Part shown: piece by piece, positions 1 through 13,779 of the stretch
How the letters are laid out: the number at the start of each line of letters is the position of its first letter
Position numbering within the stretch: position 1 is the first letter of the stretch
Source: Eledone cirrhosa
Taxonomy: Eukaryota
Length of the DNA: 64,000 nucleotides
NCBI GenBank assembly: GCA_964016885.1
Contig: OZ024744.1
Location: 111,910,001-111,974,000 of the forward strand
Direction of reading: 5' to 3'
Notes under the pieces: model-generated
The model's database searches: none
The model's input: only the letters and a program-made list of their open reading frames with translations
Told to the model about the DNA's origin: nothing
Position numbers and translations under genes: made by a program

Positions 1-214
1 CGAGATGTGTGGCAAGCGCTCAATGATTCAGATGAACCAGAGCTACAACATACGTTAAAGGCCCCAAAAAAACGACCTAGTAATTCGGGTCAAACAAATA
101 AAAATATATATATATATATATATGAATTTGTTTTGCAAAACAAATTCATATATATATATATTTTTTTATTTGTTTTGCAATGTTTTTGATATGAAATCGT
201 GTGTCGAATCAAAT

Positions 215-3050
215 ATTGTTATACTTGGGGAGGGTCATATTGTTGTAATAATATTGCCAGAAATAATAACAGAATACACTCACTGTTTGGTTGGTTTTCG
301 CTTCTGTATCTTTTATATCTCCATAGTTAATTTATTTGGCAATCAATGTTTATCATTGATTGACCAGTGGTTAAAAATACAGATATAAATATATACATAC
401 AGTCTATCAAAGTTCTTTCGTCACACATCTGCAACATCATCAGTGGTACTATTATGTTTCCTCCTATTGTATTGTATGTCTACGCCATTTTAATTTTATT
501 TATTTATTTATTCTTGTCTCTATCCCTGCGCATGCATTTGCGTGTGTGTATAATGTTTGGTGTGTGTGTTCGCGTTTGAGTGTATGTGTTTTTATTTTTG
601 TATTCTATCTTTGTTCACTAGTGTGTGTTTATATGTGTTTGATGTTATTGTACTTGTGTATTTATTTATTTATTTATATTTCCCTTAAGTCAGTATTGTA
701 TGGTTGTTGTTGTTATTATTCCATTCGTTCTTTCTGTTCAACTTTGGTCTTTTTAGTTCTAACTCAGTTGCTTCTCTGATTTGTCTACCTGTTGAGTCAT
801 TTCTATCCTTAGATATTATTTTAATTTCTATGTTGTCTATATGACCGTCATGTCTTTGTCTGGCGTGTTCATATAGTACTGAACCGTTTTTTTTTTTGTC
901 CTTTTAGTTCCCCCCAGTGTTGGTCTATTCTTTCTCCTATGCTTCGAGCTGTCTCACCTATGTATGTCGTTGTCATGTTTCTGCAAGTACCCTCTGTACA
1001 TCTTATGCTATAGACTACATTTCTAGTTTTACAGTTTATCTGGGGGTTCATTTTACATATAACACATTTCTTATTAGTACAAGGGGTATGTTTTGCTAAT
1101 CAGGGATTTTATGGTAGTTATTGGTTTTTCTACCACTTTAATCTTTAAATGCGTCTTTCTTAGGGCCTTTCTACATTGCTTAGCTAATTTCCTCCAGGGG
1201 TAGCATCCATGAACATGACACTCTGGTATCTCTGGTTGTCGTACCATGAAGTGGCTTTCCCTATCTTATGTCTAGTCCTATCTAAGCTATTCCATGATTT
1301 GCTCCTGTATCAGGGGCAAATTCCTTTCATGTCCAGTTCTATGAGGATCTTATATTTCTCCGTGGCTCCTTTGTATACTCTGATTCTGTCTCTTTGGTTG
1401 TAGCCAGAGAACTGCATACAGTTGATGAAGTGTTGGATGTGTCTTTCCATTTCAGTTGGGTTGCACGTGTGGGACACATTCTTCATCACTCTTACCAAGT
1501 CTGCGATCAGAATATTAAACTTAGCACTATTGGACATTGCTGAGTTTTTGAGTATCAGGTATTTGGAGGCCATGGGTTTAGCAGAGTGTGATTGGAGAAT
1601 TTGGGCCCTCTCATCTATAGTGTTAATTCAGAGTTCCGTATCTAATACAGGTAGTGTATTGTTAGGGTGTTTGGAAGGGTAGTCGATAGTTACAGTTATA
1701 CTCTGGTGTTTTGAGTTAGCTATCTGCTGGATGCTTTCCATTGTGCTATTTTCTAATTCATGTTTATTAGTACTCTCTTGTGGGCGTGTCCTTATTACTA
1801 TATTGATATTGTCTACGTAACGAGAGTACATGACGAGGTCTATCGAACTCTCTTTAAGGAGTTATATGAGTCTCCTCTCCCACCATACCATAAATAGGTT
1901 GGCAACATCACCAAGCTATGCTGACGCCAATGGCGGCTCCCTCATTCTGGGTGTAGATCTTTTCATTAAATTTAAACATATGGCCTTTTAGGGTAGTTTT
2001 AATACTAGCCCCTATTGCATGTGCGACCATTTTTCTCACCTGATCGTATGGCTTTGTTCCATCCATTCCATCTTCCCATGGGAGTCTTTTTAACCATTGA
2101 GGTTATGTGGGGGTGGGGGGGCTACATCTTATGGGTCTACTGGGGCAGAAGCAGCTAAGGTCATGGTTATCTAGGTAGCCGGTGTCATAAGTAAGTCTAA
2201 GTAGGAGGCCCAGTTCATCTGTGTCGACGTCGCAGAACTCCACCTCGCTCTCACTGATTATTTCCACACATTTTTCCACAACAAAATCAATGTTAATGGA
2301 TGGGTACAGTGATACCACGTCCATACTGCCTATTATGCAGTTAGTAAAGTTTTTATTTTTGTTGCATTCATTGATTCTGCTGAGGGGGTCCTCTGTACTG
2401 TCACATACATCTGGGGACATCTTAATTATTGGGCGTATAATCATTGAGAGGAAGTAGGAGATCCTGTAGTTACTAGCAATATTGGCTCCACATACAGGTC
2501 TTGTTGGTGGTCCTGTTGTCGGGTCGTTGGTTGTCTTATGGACTTTGCGGAGCCCATAGAAGGGTGGTATGTTGTTGTTAGACGCTTGGAAGTTGTTGGC
2601 TGTGTGTCTACCTGGCTTTAGGATGTCAGTCCACATGATGTGAGCGTTGAGTATCTTCTCTCTCTCCTTAGGTGTTTGTTGTGTTGTTTCACTCGTGTTG
2701 ATGATGTGGGGTTGCATAGCCTTGATGTAGTTTGGCATGCTATCTATTGACATCCTACCAGATTTATCTGTGGGTAGACACACTACCTCACCACCCCTTG
2801 TGCGCTGCATGAGGCTAAGTAGGCCTTCTACAGGTTTCCTTCCAAGTTGTTGGACCTCTGGTCTGCTTTGTCTCTTAGTATATTGGTCTACTACCTGTCT
2901 AAGTTTATTTCTAGCTATGGTAAACTGTGCCTCTGTTTCGTCATCTATTTGTTGGGGTATACAAACTCTTTTATTAAAAGGTAATTTAGTGGAATAAATT
3001 TTGTTCATCTTGTATGTTTTGTCAGCTGGGTTGAAGAACAGGTTCTTTAA
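215..3050 (-). mobile_element. Decayed Penelope-like retroelement (RT + C-terminal GIY-YIG), probably Naiad-type, with 3' UTR/pLTR
   Basis: Minus-strand frames join across frameshifts and a TAA. RT: LPTDKSGR, PPFYGLRKVHK..PPTRPVC, SMDVVSLYPSI, YTQNEGAAIGVSIA/GDVANLFMVWW, YSRYVDNI, LPVLD. Linker: FMDATPGGKLA, KVVEK, CTNKKCVIC knuckle. Nuclease: CKTRNVVYSIRC..YIGETARSIGERIDQH, RQIREA, LNRKNEW, stop at 685-687. The 3' terminus at about 215-240 matches 16395-16430 and 62520-62550. The clade call is from remembered motifs. The first ~80 aa of ORF 2103..3296 are microsatellite. Confidence 0.92.
405..448 (-). ncRNA. Type I hammerhead ribozyme motif (decayed) in the PLE 3' UTR
   Basis: Minus strand reads tacca CTGATGA tgttgca-gatg-tgtgac GAAA gaac TT tgata. 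Stem II pairs with wobbles and stem I has one mismatch. Homologous to 16224-16266. Confidence 0.6.
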
Positions 3051-3254
3051 GGGGTTGTCATTAAATCTACCGTTATAGTTGTGTGTGTTACTATTATTGT
3101 CATTATGGCTGTTGTTGTTCCTACTGTTAACATTATTATTATTGTTATGATTGTTAAATGTATTGTTGTTGTTGTTGTTGTTCTCGCCATTGTTATTGTT
3201 GTTGTTACTGTTATTTCTACCATTGTGGTTGTTATTGGCAATATTATTACAACA

Positions 3255-3290
<36 letters not shown>

Positions 3291-3509
3291 ATACATATGT
3301 CTGTGTGCATGTATACATATATGTCTGTGTGCATGTATATATATATATATATATATATGTATATTGTGTGTATGTGTGTGTGTGTATATATTTATATATG
3401 TATGTGTGTGTGCGCGTGTGTGTGGTAGATGCGCTTTTATATCTATGTAAGAGTGTATGTATGGATGTATGTATAGATGTGTGCATATGATTTTATGTGT
3501 GTGTGTGTA

Positions 3510-3566
<57 letters not shown>

Positions 3567-3572
<6 letters not shown>

Positions 3573-3980
3573 GATATTAATAAATGGAAACTATATTTAT
3601 AAAACCATATTTATTTCATTATACATATTTCAGGGATACCAAATTAAAATATGGTATGCCTTCATCAGATAAAATACAATATATAAACAGTTTTATAAAT
3701 AATTTTGACGAGCTTCCAAAAATAATGGTTGCATCTAATAGGGTACGTCAAAATTATTTATAAAACTGTTTATATATTGTATTTTGTCTGATGAAGGCAT
3801 ACCATATTTTAATTTGGTATCCCTGAAATATGTATAATGAAATAAATATGGTTTTATAAATATAGTTTCCATTTATTAATATCGTATATCTACTCCCAAA
3901 ACTTGTCGAGTGCTTTATATCAGTTATAAAATATTTACTTGTTGTATCCCAACAATTTTAAATAGAACTTTTGCAAAGAT
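3567..3980. mobile_element. Solo Penelope-type terminus as a fold-back (144-bp inverted arms plus tail)
   Basis: Arms 3567-3710 and 3746-3889 differ by one base, with a 35-bp spacer. The right arm continues into a tail containing GAGTGCT (3908). Flanked by (TA)n. A fragment of the same family is at about 63630-63692. Confidence 0.8.
3781..3843 (+). ncRNA. Type I hammerhead ribozyme motif (mirror copy on the minus strand at 3613-3675)
   Basis: attttgt CTGATGA aggcatacca-tattttaatt-tggtatccct GAAA tatgta TA atgaaat. Gives a 7-bp stem I with G-U pairs, a long stem II and a near-palindromic stem III, followed by AATAAA. Confidence 0.8.
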
Positions 3981-4053
<73 letters not shown>

Positions 4054-4478
4054 GTAGGAGGAACCTCAGAGTCCTGCTGTAGCTGACCTCTACAGTACTT
4101 GATATAAACTATTCTTAAACATAAAAATAAAAACCAAAAAAACTCAATAGTCATGGCTAGAAGTTATATATGATAGGTGTGTTCAGTCAGGACAGCTGAC
4201 CTGGGGCTAAACAACACCAATCTAAGATAGTTAGTAAGCAAAAATACTTTTTAATTGTACAGTCATTGCTTTGTACCTTCCAGCATAGAGAGCTATTTAT
4301 ATAGAAAATAGAAAACTCGTATCCAGAATATTTAGCGCTAAATGAAGTGAACCAGCAACAGGGTGTAAATGTGACTGTCATGGACATACACCGGTGCAAA
4401 ACACTGTGACACATTGATGGTCTACAATTAGGTGGCCACCTTAGTAAATCAGACAACTATTTCTGTACCACCACCACC

Positions 4479-4511
<33 letters not shown>

Positions 4512-4741
4512 GCTGCTGTTGCTGCTACTACAGTAGTAGTAGTAGTAGTGTCACATCATTGAAGACTGTGTCTTTTGGATTAACCAGATTCTTGTGTTAG
4601 CTTTAAAGTGTAAGAAGAGAATTTTCGTACCATTTTTCACTCTTCTCAGCAGAATATGAGGTTGACATTACAAGTTGTTGTTGTTGTTGTTGTTGTTGTT
4701 GTTGGGAAGACGTAACAGCCAGTATTGGTGTGTGTATGTAA

Positions 4742-4805
<64 letters not shown>

Positions 4806-5012
4806 TTACACATATTTACTTACACATATTTACATACACATATGTACATATGGATACACAGTAAAGTGGTAGCGTCAATGCAACAATAAAAGAAACTGTA
4901 AAGGTGTTGGCATTTGTAAAGGAGGAAACCCTACCAAAAATGGTGTATATGAGTAAAGCATAGTCATCAGAACCTCATTAGTTTCATAGTTCTTGCTACA
5001 CTAAACTATATA

Positions 5013-5454
<442 letters not shown>

Positions 5455-5497
5455 TATACATTACGTAGATTTATGATATATCTAATATAAACACACA

Positions 5498-5590
5498 TAC
5501 AAGGGCCAGCTGAAAAGTTCAGAGGCTGACTAAGATACTCCCATGGAATGACCAAATGAGGTTTATTTCTCTCAACATAGTCACTGGAAA
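5498..5590 (+). mobile_element. Mariner-like terminal fragment
   Basis: tacaagggccagctgaaaagttc resembles TACGAGGG..TGAAAAGT mariner ends. No partner end was found. Confidence 0.4.
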
Positions 5591-5924
5591 GGAACAATGC
5601 AGTTATTAATAAGAAAAGTTGAAATTAATGCATGTAAGATTTCACAGCTCTAGCATCATTTCATAATCATTTCAGCCAACACTTGTATAATATACAGATG
5701 AATATAAATACACACAAACACACACAAACACACACACATCTATCTATCTAGTGAACCAATTTGTCAATAATGGCGGTGCCACTGTATTTGAAATGTGATA
5801 AGAATCACATATCTGATGGTTGGCAGTTAAGAAAGGTTTCTTGCTTTACGGCAATTTTCAGTTTGAACCATCAGAAAAGTCATTCTTATTATTTTTCTTA
5901 TACATACATCATCATCATCATCAT

Positions 5925-6190
5925 CACCATCATCATCATCATTTTACGTCCGCTTTTCCCTGCTTGCAAGGTTGGGACGGGAACTGATTCTGGCTTGATT
6001 TCTACAGCTGGATGCCCTTCCTAACACCAACCTCATTCACAGTGAGTGCTGGGTGCTTTTTTGCCGTGGCACCTCCACGACTACTTTACAGTGGAATGAT
6101 AGGGACCCCAGTCCCTATCATCTCATTTCTACAGCTGAGTAAACTGGAGCAATGTGAAATAAAGTGTCTTGCTCAAGGAAACAACACACT
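5925..6190 (-). mobile_element. SINE family A copy (5'-truncated, followed by an inverted internal piece at 6186-6223)
   Basis: Aligns by eye with 23540-23882 and 63280-63602 and ends in a (GAT)n tail. Confidence 0.85.
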
Positions 6191-6377
6191 TTATTTCACA
6201 TTGTTCCAGTTTACTCAGCTGTAAATATATATATATATATGCACACAAGCAGGGAAAAGCGGACGTAAAATGACGATGATCATGATGATATATGCAATAC
6301 ATACACACATATATATATATATATATACACACATATATAAATATATATATATGCACACATTCACACATACACGCGCG

Positions 6378-6485
<108 letters not shown>

Positions 6486-7320
6486 TGCACACATTATTAT
6501 CATCATTGATTTTACGTCCACTTTTCTATGCTTGCATGGGTTGGGCATAGGAAGGAAGGGGATGGTGAAAACACTATAGCAAAACAGCAGCTAGCGTTCC
6601 ATTGCTACGCTGTGTGTGTGTAGTGTGTGTGTGTGAGTGTGTGTGTGAATGTATATGTGTGAGTGTGTATTTTTGTAAGTGTGTCTGTGTTTGCATGTTT
6701 ATTATACTCATACATATAAATGTATGCATATGCACACACACACACAAACGCACATACACACACACACGAACACACACACATATGCACATACACAAATGCA
6801 CACACATATACACATACGTGCCAGTGTGTTGAAAAAAATGTTAGTCCTGCATAATTCTATATAGGCCAGTTTGGGCTATTACTGATATAATCTTGAAACA
6901 GCACTGTCTGGCATTCTCAACCATACTGGCAACTCTATGATATAAACAAAGAGGAAAATAAAGAAAAATGAAACTTTTATTGCAACAAAACAATATTTTT
7001 GTTCGGCAGGTGAAAGAATAAAAAATTGGAGACCATATTTCTTATGAAATAATCTCTATTTCAATTAATGAATTAAGAATTTTGAGGGATTTACAAAAAT
7101 AATTATTCCATTACTCAGGAAGTAACTTAACATATTGATCTTATATAAAATTAGGTTGTAAGATTTTAATTTAAATAGGACCGACCCCTTCATAATGGGG
7201 GGTTATAAAAGTAGAGACTATTTTGACTGGGTTGGTATGAAAAGTGTTGAAATGTAGTGAAACAGGGACCAACTTTACTTTCGACTTCACTATTAAAATA
7301 TAGTAAATTTTATTTGCACA

Positions 7321-8950
7321 CTTTCTCACTTCTCTCTCTGTTACTCAGTCTTTCTCTCTTCTCTCTCTATTACTCAGTCTTTCTCTCTTCTCTCTCTATT
7401 ACTTACTCTTTCTCACTTCTCTCTCTAATAGTCAGTCTTTCTCTCTTCTCTCTCTGTTACTCAGTCTTTCTCTCCTCTCTCTCTGTTACTCAGTCTTTCT
7501 CTCTTCTCTCTCTCTATTACTCAGTCTTTCCCTCTTCTCTCTCTGTTACTCAGTCTTTCTCACTTCTCACTCTATTACTCAGTCTTTCTCTCTTCTCTCT
7601 GTTACTCAGTCTTTCTCACTTCTCACTCTATTACTCAGTCTTTCTCTCTTCTCTCTCTATTACTCAGTCTTTCTCTCTTCTCTCTCTATTACTCAGTCTT
7701 TCTCTCTTCTCTCTCTGTTACTCAGACTTTCTCTCTTCTCTCTCTCTATTACTCAGTCTTTCTCTCTTCTCTCTCTATTACTCAGTCTTTCTCTCTTTTC
7801 TCTCTCTGTTACTCAGTGTTACTCTCTCTGTTACTCAGTCTTTCTCTCTTCTCTCACTATTACTCAGTCTTTCTCACTTCTCACTCTATTACTCAGTCTT
7901 TCTCTCTTCTCTCTGTTACTCAGTCTTTCTCTCTTCTCTCTCTATTACTCAGTCTTTCTCTCTTCTCTCTCTATTACTCAGTCTTTCTCTCTTCTCTCTC
8001 TCTCTATTACTCTCTTCTCTCTCTATTACTCAGTCTTTCTCTCTTCTCTCTGTTACTCAGTCTTTCTCTCTTCTCTCTCTAATACTCAGCCTTTCTCTCT
8101 TCTCTCTCTATTACTCAGCCTTTCTCTCTTCTCTCTCTATTACTCAGTCTTTCTCACTTCTCTCTCTGTTACTCAGTCTTTCTCTCTTCCCTCTCTATTA
8201 CTCAGCCTTTCTCTCTTCTCTCATTGTTACTCAGTCTTTCTCACTTCTCTCTCTATTACTCAGTCTTTTTCTCTTCTCTCTCTGTTACTCAGTCTTTCTC
8301 ACTTCTCTCTCTATTACTCAGTCTTTCTCTCTTCTCTCTCTGTTACTCAATCTTTCTCTCTTCTCTCTCTAATACTCAGTCTTTCTCACTACTCTCTCTA
8401 TTACTCAGTCTTTCTCTCTCTATTAGTCAGTCTTTCTCACTTCTCTCTCTGTTACTCAGTCTTTCGCTCTTCTCTCTCTATTACTCAGTCTTTCTCACTT
8501 CTCTCTCTGTTACTCAGTCTTTCTCACTTCTCACTCTATTACTCAGTCTTTCCCTCTTCTCTCTCTGTTACTCAGTCTTTCTCACTTCTCTCTCTCTATT
8601 ACTCAGTCTTTCTCACTTCTCTCTCTGTTACTCAATCTTTCTCTCTTCTCTCTCTATGTTACTCAGTCTTTCTTCTCTCTCTCTGTTACTCAGTCTTTCT
8701 CTCTTCTCTCTCTAATACTCAGTCTTTCTCTCTTCTCTCTCTATTACTCAGTCTTTCTCTCTTCTCTCTCTGTTACTCAGTCTTTCTCTCTTCTCTCTCT
8801 GTTACTCAGTCTTTCTCTCTTCTCTCTCTCTATTACTCAGTCTTTCTCTCTTTTCTCTCTGTTACTCAGTCTTTCTCTCTTCTCTCTCTCTGTTACTCAG
8901 TCTTTCTCTCTTCTCTCTCTCTATTACTCAGTCTTTCTCTCTTCTCTCTC
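7321..8950. repeat. CT-rich minisatellite, unit about 27-31 bp (TTACTCAGTCTTTCTCTCTTCTCTCTCTR), about 55 copies
   Basis: Direct reading of the tandem units. Confidence 0.97.
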
Positions 8951-9214
8951 TTAAAATAAATAAACTTCCCACAAAGTTATTCACTCATACATACAGATGG
9001 ACATGTAGTCATAACATTGGAATAATACACACACAAACACGTAAATACAGACACGTATAACTACACACACTAACACACACATATATAGAGATATTATATA
9101 CTTATAAATACACACACATATAAATACACACACATAAATACACACATACTATATATAAATACACAAAATGTCCAATGTCATATAGGTTTGAGAATGTTGA
9201 ATGTTGTTACAGGA

Positions 9215-10445
9215 AGTAGTGGTGCTGCTGCTGCTGCTGGTGGTGGTGGTGGTGGTGGTGGTGGTGGAGGTGGTAGTGGTAGTGGTAGTGGTGGTGGTGG
9301 TGGTAGTGGTAGTGGTGGTGGTGGTGGTAGCGGTGGTAGTGGTGGTGGTGGCGGCGGTGGTGGTAGTGGTGGCGGTGGTGGTAGTGGTGGTGGTGGCGGT
9401 GGTAGTGGCGATGGTGGTGGGAGTGGTGCTGCTGGTGATGGTGGCGGTGGCGGTGGTGCTGCTGGTGGTGGTGGAGGTGGTAGTGGTAGTGGTAGTGGTA
9501 GTGGTGGTGGTGGTGGTGGTGGTGGTAGTGGTGGTGGTGGCGGCGGTGGTGGTGGCGGTGGTGGTAGTGGTGGTGGTGGCGGTGGTAGTGGTGGTAGTGG
9601 CGATGGTGGTGGGAGTGGTGCTGCTGGTGATGGTGGCGGTGGCGGTGGTGCTGCTGGTGGTGGTGGAGGTGGTAGTGGTAGTGGTAGTGGTGGTGGTAGC
9701 GGTGGTAGTGGTGGTGGTGGCGGCGGTGGTGGTGGCGGTGGTGGTAGTGGTGGTGGTGGCGGTGGTAGTGGTGGTAGTGGCGTTGGTGGTGGGAGTGGTG
9801 CTGCTGGTGATGGTGGCGGTGGCGGTGGTGCTGGTGGTGGTAGTGGTGATAGTGGTGGTGGTAGTGGTGGTTGAGGTTGTTGTAGTGGTAGTGTTGGTGG
9901 TTGTAGTGGTGGTGGTGGTAGTAGTGGTGATGGTAGTGGTGGTGGTGGGAGCGGCGGTGGTGGTGTTGGTGGTAGTGGAAGTGGTGGTAGTAGGTAGTGG
10001 TGGTGGTGGTGGTGGTAGTGGTGGTGGTGGTAGTAGTAGGTAGTGGTGGTGGTATGGTGGTGGTAGTGGTGGTGGTGGTGGCGGCGGTGGTAGTGGTGGT
10101 GGCAGTGGTGGTGGTGGTAGTGGAGGTTGTTGTAGTGGTAGTGTTGGTGGTTGTAGTAGTGGTGGTTGTAGCGACGGTGGTGGTGGTGGTAGTTGAAGTG
10201 GTGGTTGTGGTAGTAGGTAGTGGTAGTGGTGGTGGTAATGGTGGTGGTAGTAGGTAGTGGTGGTGGCGGTAGTGGTCATAGTGGTGATGGTGGTATGGTT
10301 GTGGCTGTGGTGGTAGTGGTGGTGTTGGTAGTGGTGATGGTTGAGGTGGTGGTGGTGGTCGTGGTAGTGGTGTTGGTAGTAGTGTTCGTAGAAGTGTTGA
10401 TGGTGGTAGTGTTGGTAGTAGTGATGTGGGGTGGTGGTGCTGGTT
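9215..10445. repeat. (GGT/AGT/GGC)n low-complexity tract with an internal ~180-190 bp triplication
   Basis: The block ggtggtgggagtggtgctgctggtgatggtggc recurs near 9413, 9605 and 9785. Confidence 0.95.
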
Positions 10446-10500
10446 CATGTTACTGGTGTTGCTGTTTGTGTTGTAGTGGTATGGTAGAGGTGGTCTGCCT

Positions 10501-13008
10501 TGTGACAGACATTAGACTGTGGCCATACTGGGGCACTCCCTTGATATAGTCTACCATATCAACCTCAGTACTGTTTTACTGGTGTCAGTCATTAGACTGT
10601 GGCCATACTGGGGCACTCCCTTGATATAGTCTACCATATCAACCTCTGTACTGTTTTACTGGTGTCAGTCATTAGACTGTGGCCATACTGGGGCACTACC
10701 TTGATATAGTCTACCATATCAACCTCAGTACTGTTTTACTGGTGTCAGTCATTAGACTGTGGCCATACTGGGGCACTACCTTGATATAGTCTACCATATC
10801 AACCTCAGTACTGTTTTACTGGTGTCAGTCATTAGACTGTGGCCATACTGGGGCACTACCTTGATATAGTCTACCATATCAACCTCTGTACTGTTTTACT
10901 GGTGTCAGTCATTAGACTGTGGCCATACTGGGGCACTACCTTGATATAGTCTACCATATCAACCTCAGTACTGTTTTACTGGTGTCAGTCATTAGATTGT
11001 GGCCATACTGGGGTACTACCTTGATATAGTCTACCATATCAACCTCAGTACTGTTTTACTGGTGTCAGTCATTAGACTGTGGCCATACTGGGGCACTACC
11101 TTGATATAGTCTACCATATCAACCTCAGTACTGTTTTCCTGGTGTCAGTCACTAGACTGTGGCCATACTGGGGCACTACCTTGATATAGTCTACCATATC
11201 AACCTCAGTACTGTTTTACTGGTGTCAGTCATTAGACTGTGGCCATACTGGGGCACTACCTTGATATAGTCTACCATATCAACCTCAGTACTGTTTTACT
11301 GGTGTCAGTCATTAGACTGTGGCCATACTGGGGCACTACCTTGATATAGTCTACCATATCAACCTCAGTACTGTTTTCCTGGTGTCAGTCACTAGACTGT
11401 GGCCATACTGGGGCACTACCTTGATATAGTCTACCATATCAACCTCAGTACTGTTTTACTGGTGTCAGTCATTAGACTGTGGCCATACTGGGGCACTACC
11501 TTGATATAGTCTACTATATCAACACCAATACTGTTTTACTGGTGTCAGTCATTAGACTGTTGCCATACTGGGGCACTACCTTGATATAGTCTACTATATC
11601 AACACCAGTACTGTTTTACTGGTGTCAGTCATTAGACTGTGGCCATACTGGGGCACTACCTTGATATAGTCTACCATATCAACCTCAGTACTGTTTTACT
11701 GGTGTCAGTCATTAGACTGTGGCCATACTGGGGCACTACCTTGATATAGTCTACCATATCAACCTCAGTACTGTTTTACTGGTGTCAGTCATTAGACTGT
11801 GGCCATACTGGGGCACTACCTTGATATAGTCTACCATATCAACCTCAGTACTGTTTTACTGGTGTCAGTCATTAGACTGTGGCCATACTGGGGCACTACC
11901 TTGTTATAGTCTACCATATCAACCTCAGTACTGTTTTACTGGTGTCAGTCATTAGACTGTGGCCATACTGGGGCACTGCCTTGATATAGTCTACCATATC
12001 AACCTCAGTACTGTTTTACTGGTGTCAGTCATTAGACTGTGGCCATACTGGGGCACTACCTTGATATAGTCTACCATATCAACCCCAGTACTGTTTTACT
12101 GGTGTCAGTCATTAGACTGTGGCCATACTGGGGCACTACCTTGATATAGTCTACCATATCAACCCCACTACTGTTTTACTGGTGTCAGTCATTAGACTGT
12201 GGCCATACTGGGGCACTACCTTGATATAGTCTACCATATCAACCTCAGTACTGTTTTACTGGTGTCAGTCATTAGACTGTGGCCATACTGGGGTACTACC
12301 TTGATATAGTCTACCATATCAACCTCAGTAATGTTTTACTGGTGTCAGTCATTAGACTGTGGCCATACTGGGGCACTACCTTGATATAGTCTACCATATC
12401 AACCTCACTACTGTTTTACTGGTGTCAGTCATTAGACTGTGGCCATACTGGGGCACTACCTTGATATAGTCTACCATATCAACCTCAGTAATGTTTTACT
12501 GGTGTCAGTCATTAGACTGTGGCCATACTGGGGCACTACCTTGATATAGTCTACCATATCAACCTCAGTACTGTTTTACTGGTGTCAGTCACTAGACTGT
12601 GGCCATACTGGGGCACTACCTTGATATAGTCTACCATATCAACCTCACTACTGTTTTACTGGTGTCAGTCATTAGACTGTGGCCATACTGGGGCACTACC
12701 TTGATAGAGTCTACCATATCAACCTCAGTACTGTTTTACTGGTGTCAGTCATTAGACTGTGGCCATACTGGGGCACTACCTTGATATAGTCTACCATATC
12801 AACCTCAGTAATGTTTTACTGGTGTCAGTCATTAGACTGTGGCCATACTGGGGCATTACCTTGATACAGTCTACCATACAACCTCAGTATTGTTTTATTG
12901 GCGTCAGTCATTAGACTGTGGCCATACTGGGGCACTGCCTTGATATAGTCTACCATATCAATCTCACTACTGTTTTACTTGTGTCAGTCATTAGACTGTG
13001 GCCATACA
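10501..13008. repeat. 80-bp tandem array, about 31 near-identical copies
   Basis: Unit GGTGTCAGTCATTAGACTGTGGCCATACTGGGGCACTACCTTGATATAGTCTACCATATCAACCTCAGTACTGTTTTACT. The period is exactly 80 and the end copies are more diverged. Confidence 0.98.
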
Positions 13009-13779
13009 GTTTTCTATCATAGAACCAGTGGTGTTTTCAAGCCGTTTGGTATCAAAAGAGTTAAACCCTGTTCCATTGGCTCTCTAATTTCTTGGCTAAT
13101 CTCTTCTGACTGATTTTATTTATAGAAACATGTTTGCACATACAAGAAGGATTCTTTAAAGGAAGAAAAAACTGAATTTCTGGATGAATTCATGTTTGTT
13201 TGAAAAAGTAATTATGAACAATAGACAAGATTATTTCAATTTGTGTCTGTGTCAAGAAGTCCAACATGTCCAGGTGAAATGGATAGTAAAGCCTATGTCA
13301 TCAGGCATAACCAATTAGTTGCTGTCTTAATTACATATCTCAATAACACCTGCAACTTTCACACTTCCTTCTATGACAAAACCATTTCCCAAGAGAATGA
13401 AGTATTAGCTCATAAGATTCTCTACTGCTTAAAGCCACATATTTGTACCAGACAACATTAACTACATTATATATTAAAGTGTTTACTGTAATACTGAAAA
13501 TGTTCACAACAATCTGTTCACCAATAAAGATACTATAAACATTCGAATTCAACAATTTTTATATACTTTCTGCTGACTAATTATAGGATGTTTAATAGTT
13601 AATTAATAAAAGGAGTGAGATAATTACAGTTACCATCATTAACACGACTATTAATTAACTTGTCATTCAATCAGAACTATCACATCACCTGGGAAATTTA
13701 ATTTGTGAATTATTATTATGTTAAATTGGGTGTGAATTAGATAAATTGTTAAAGTATTCAACATTATATGTTGGTGTCC

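Noticed and set aside
6818-6935. Possible minus-strand exon (pyrimidine tract-AG ... GTATGT)
   Set aside because: All three frames hit a stop and no peptide is recognisable. It could be a terminal or non-coding exon but needs RNA-seq.
7257-10549. Leu/Ser-rich, Gly-rich, Thr-rich and His-rich ORFs (also 14841-15941, 26282-27574, 43348-43921)
   Set aside because: These are simple-repeat artefacts that are open in several frames on both strands and have frame-breaking indels.
10501-13008. CRISPR-like regular array
   Set aside because: There are no unique spacers, the whole 80-bp unit repeats, and the context is eukaryotic with no cas genes.
13276-13307. CTGATGA on the minus strand (similar lone cores near 40661 and 60793)
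   Set aside because: No properly placed stem II-GAAA-UH follows.
13126-13530. Possible plus-strand terminal exon (ttatttatag acceptor, KHVCTYKKDSLKEEKTEFLDEFMFV*, AATAAA near 13523)
   Set aside because: There is no recognisable homology and no supporting upstream exons. Such signals arise by chance in AT-rich DNA.
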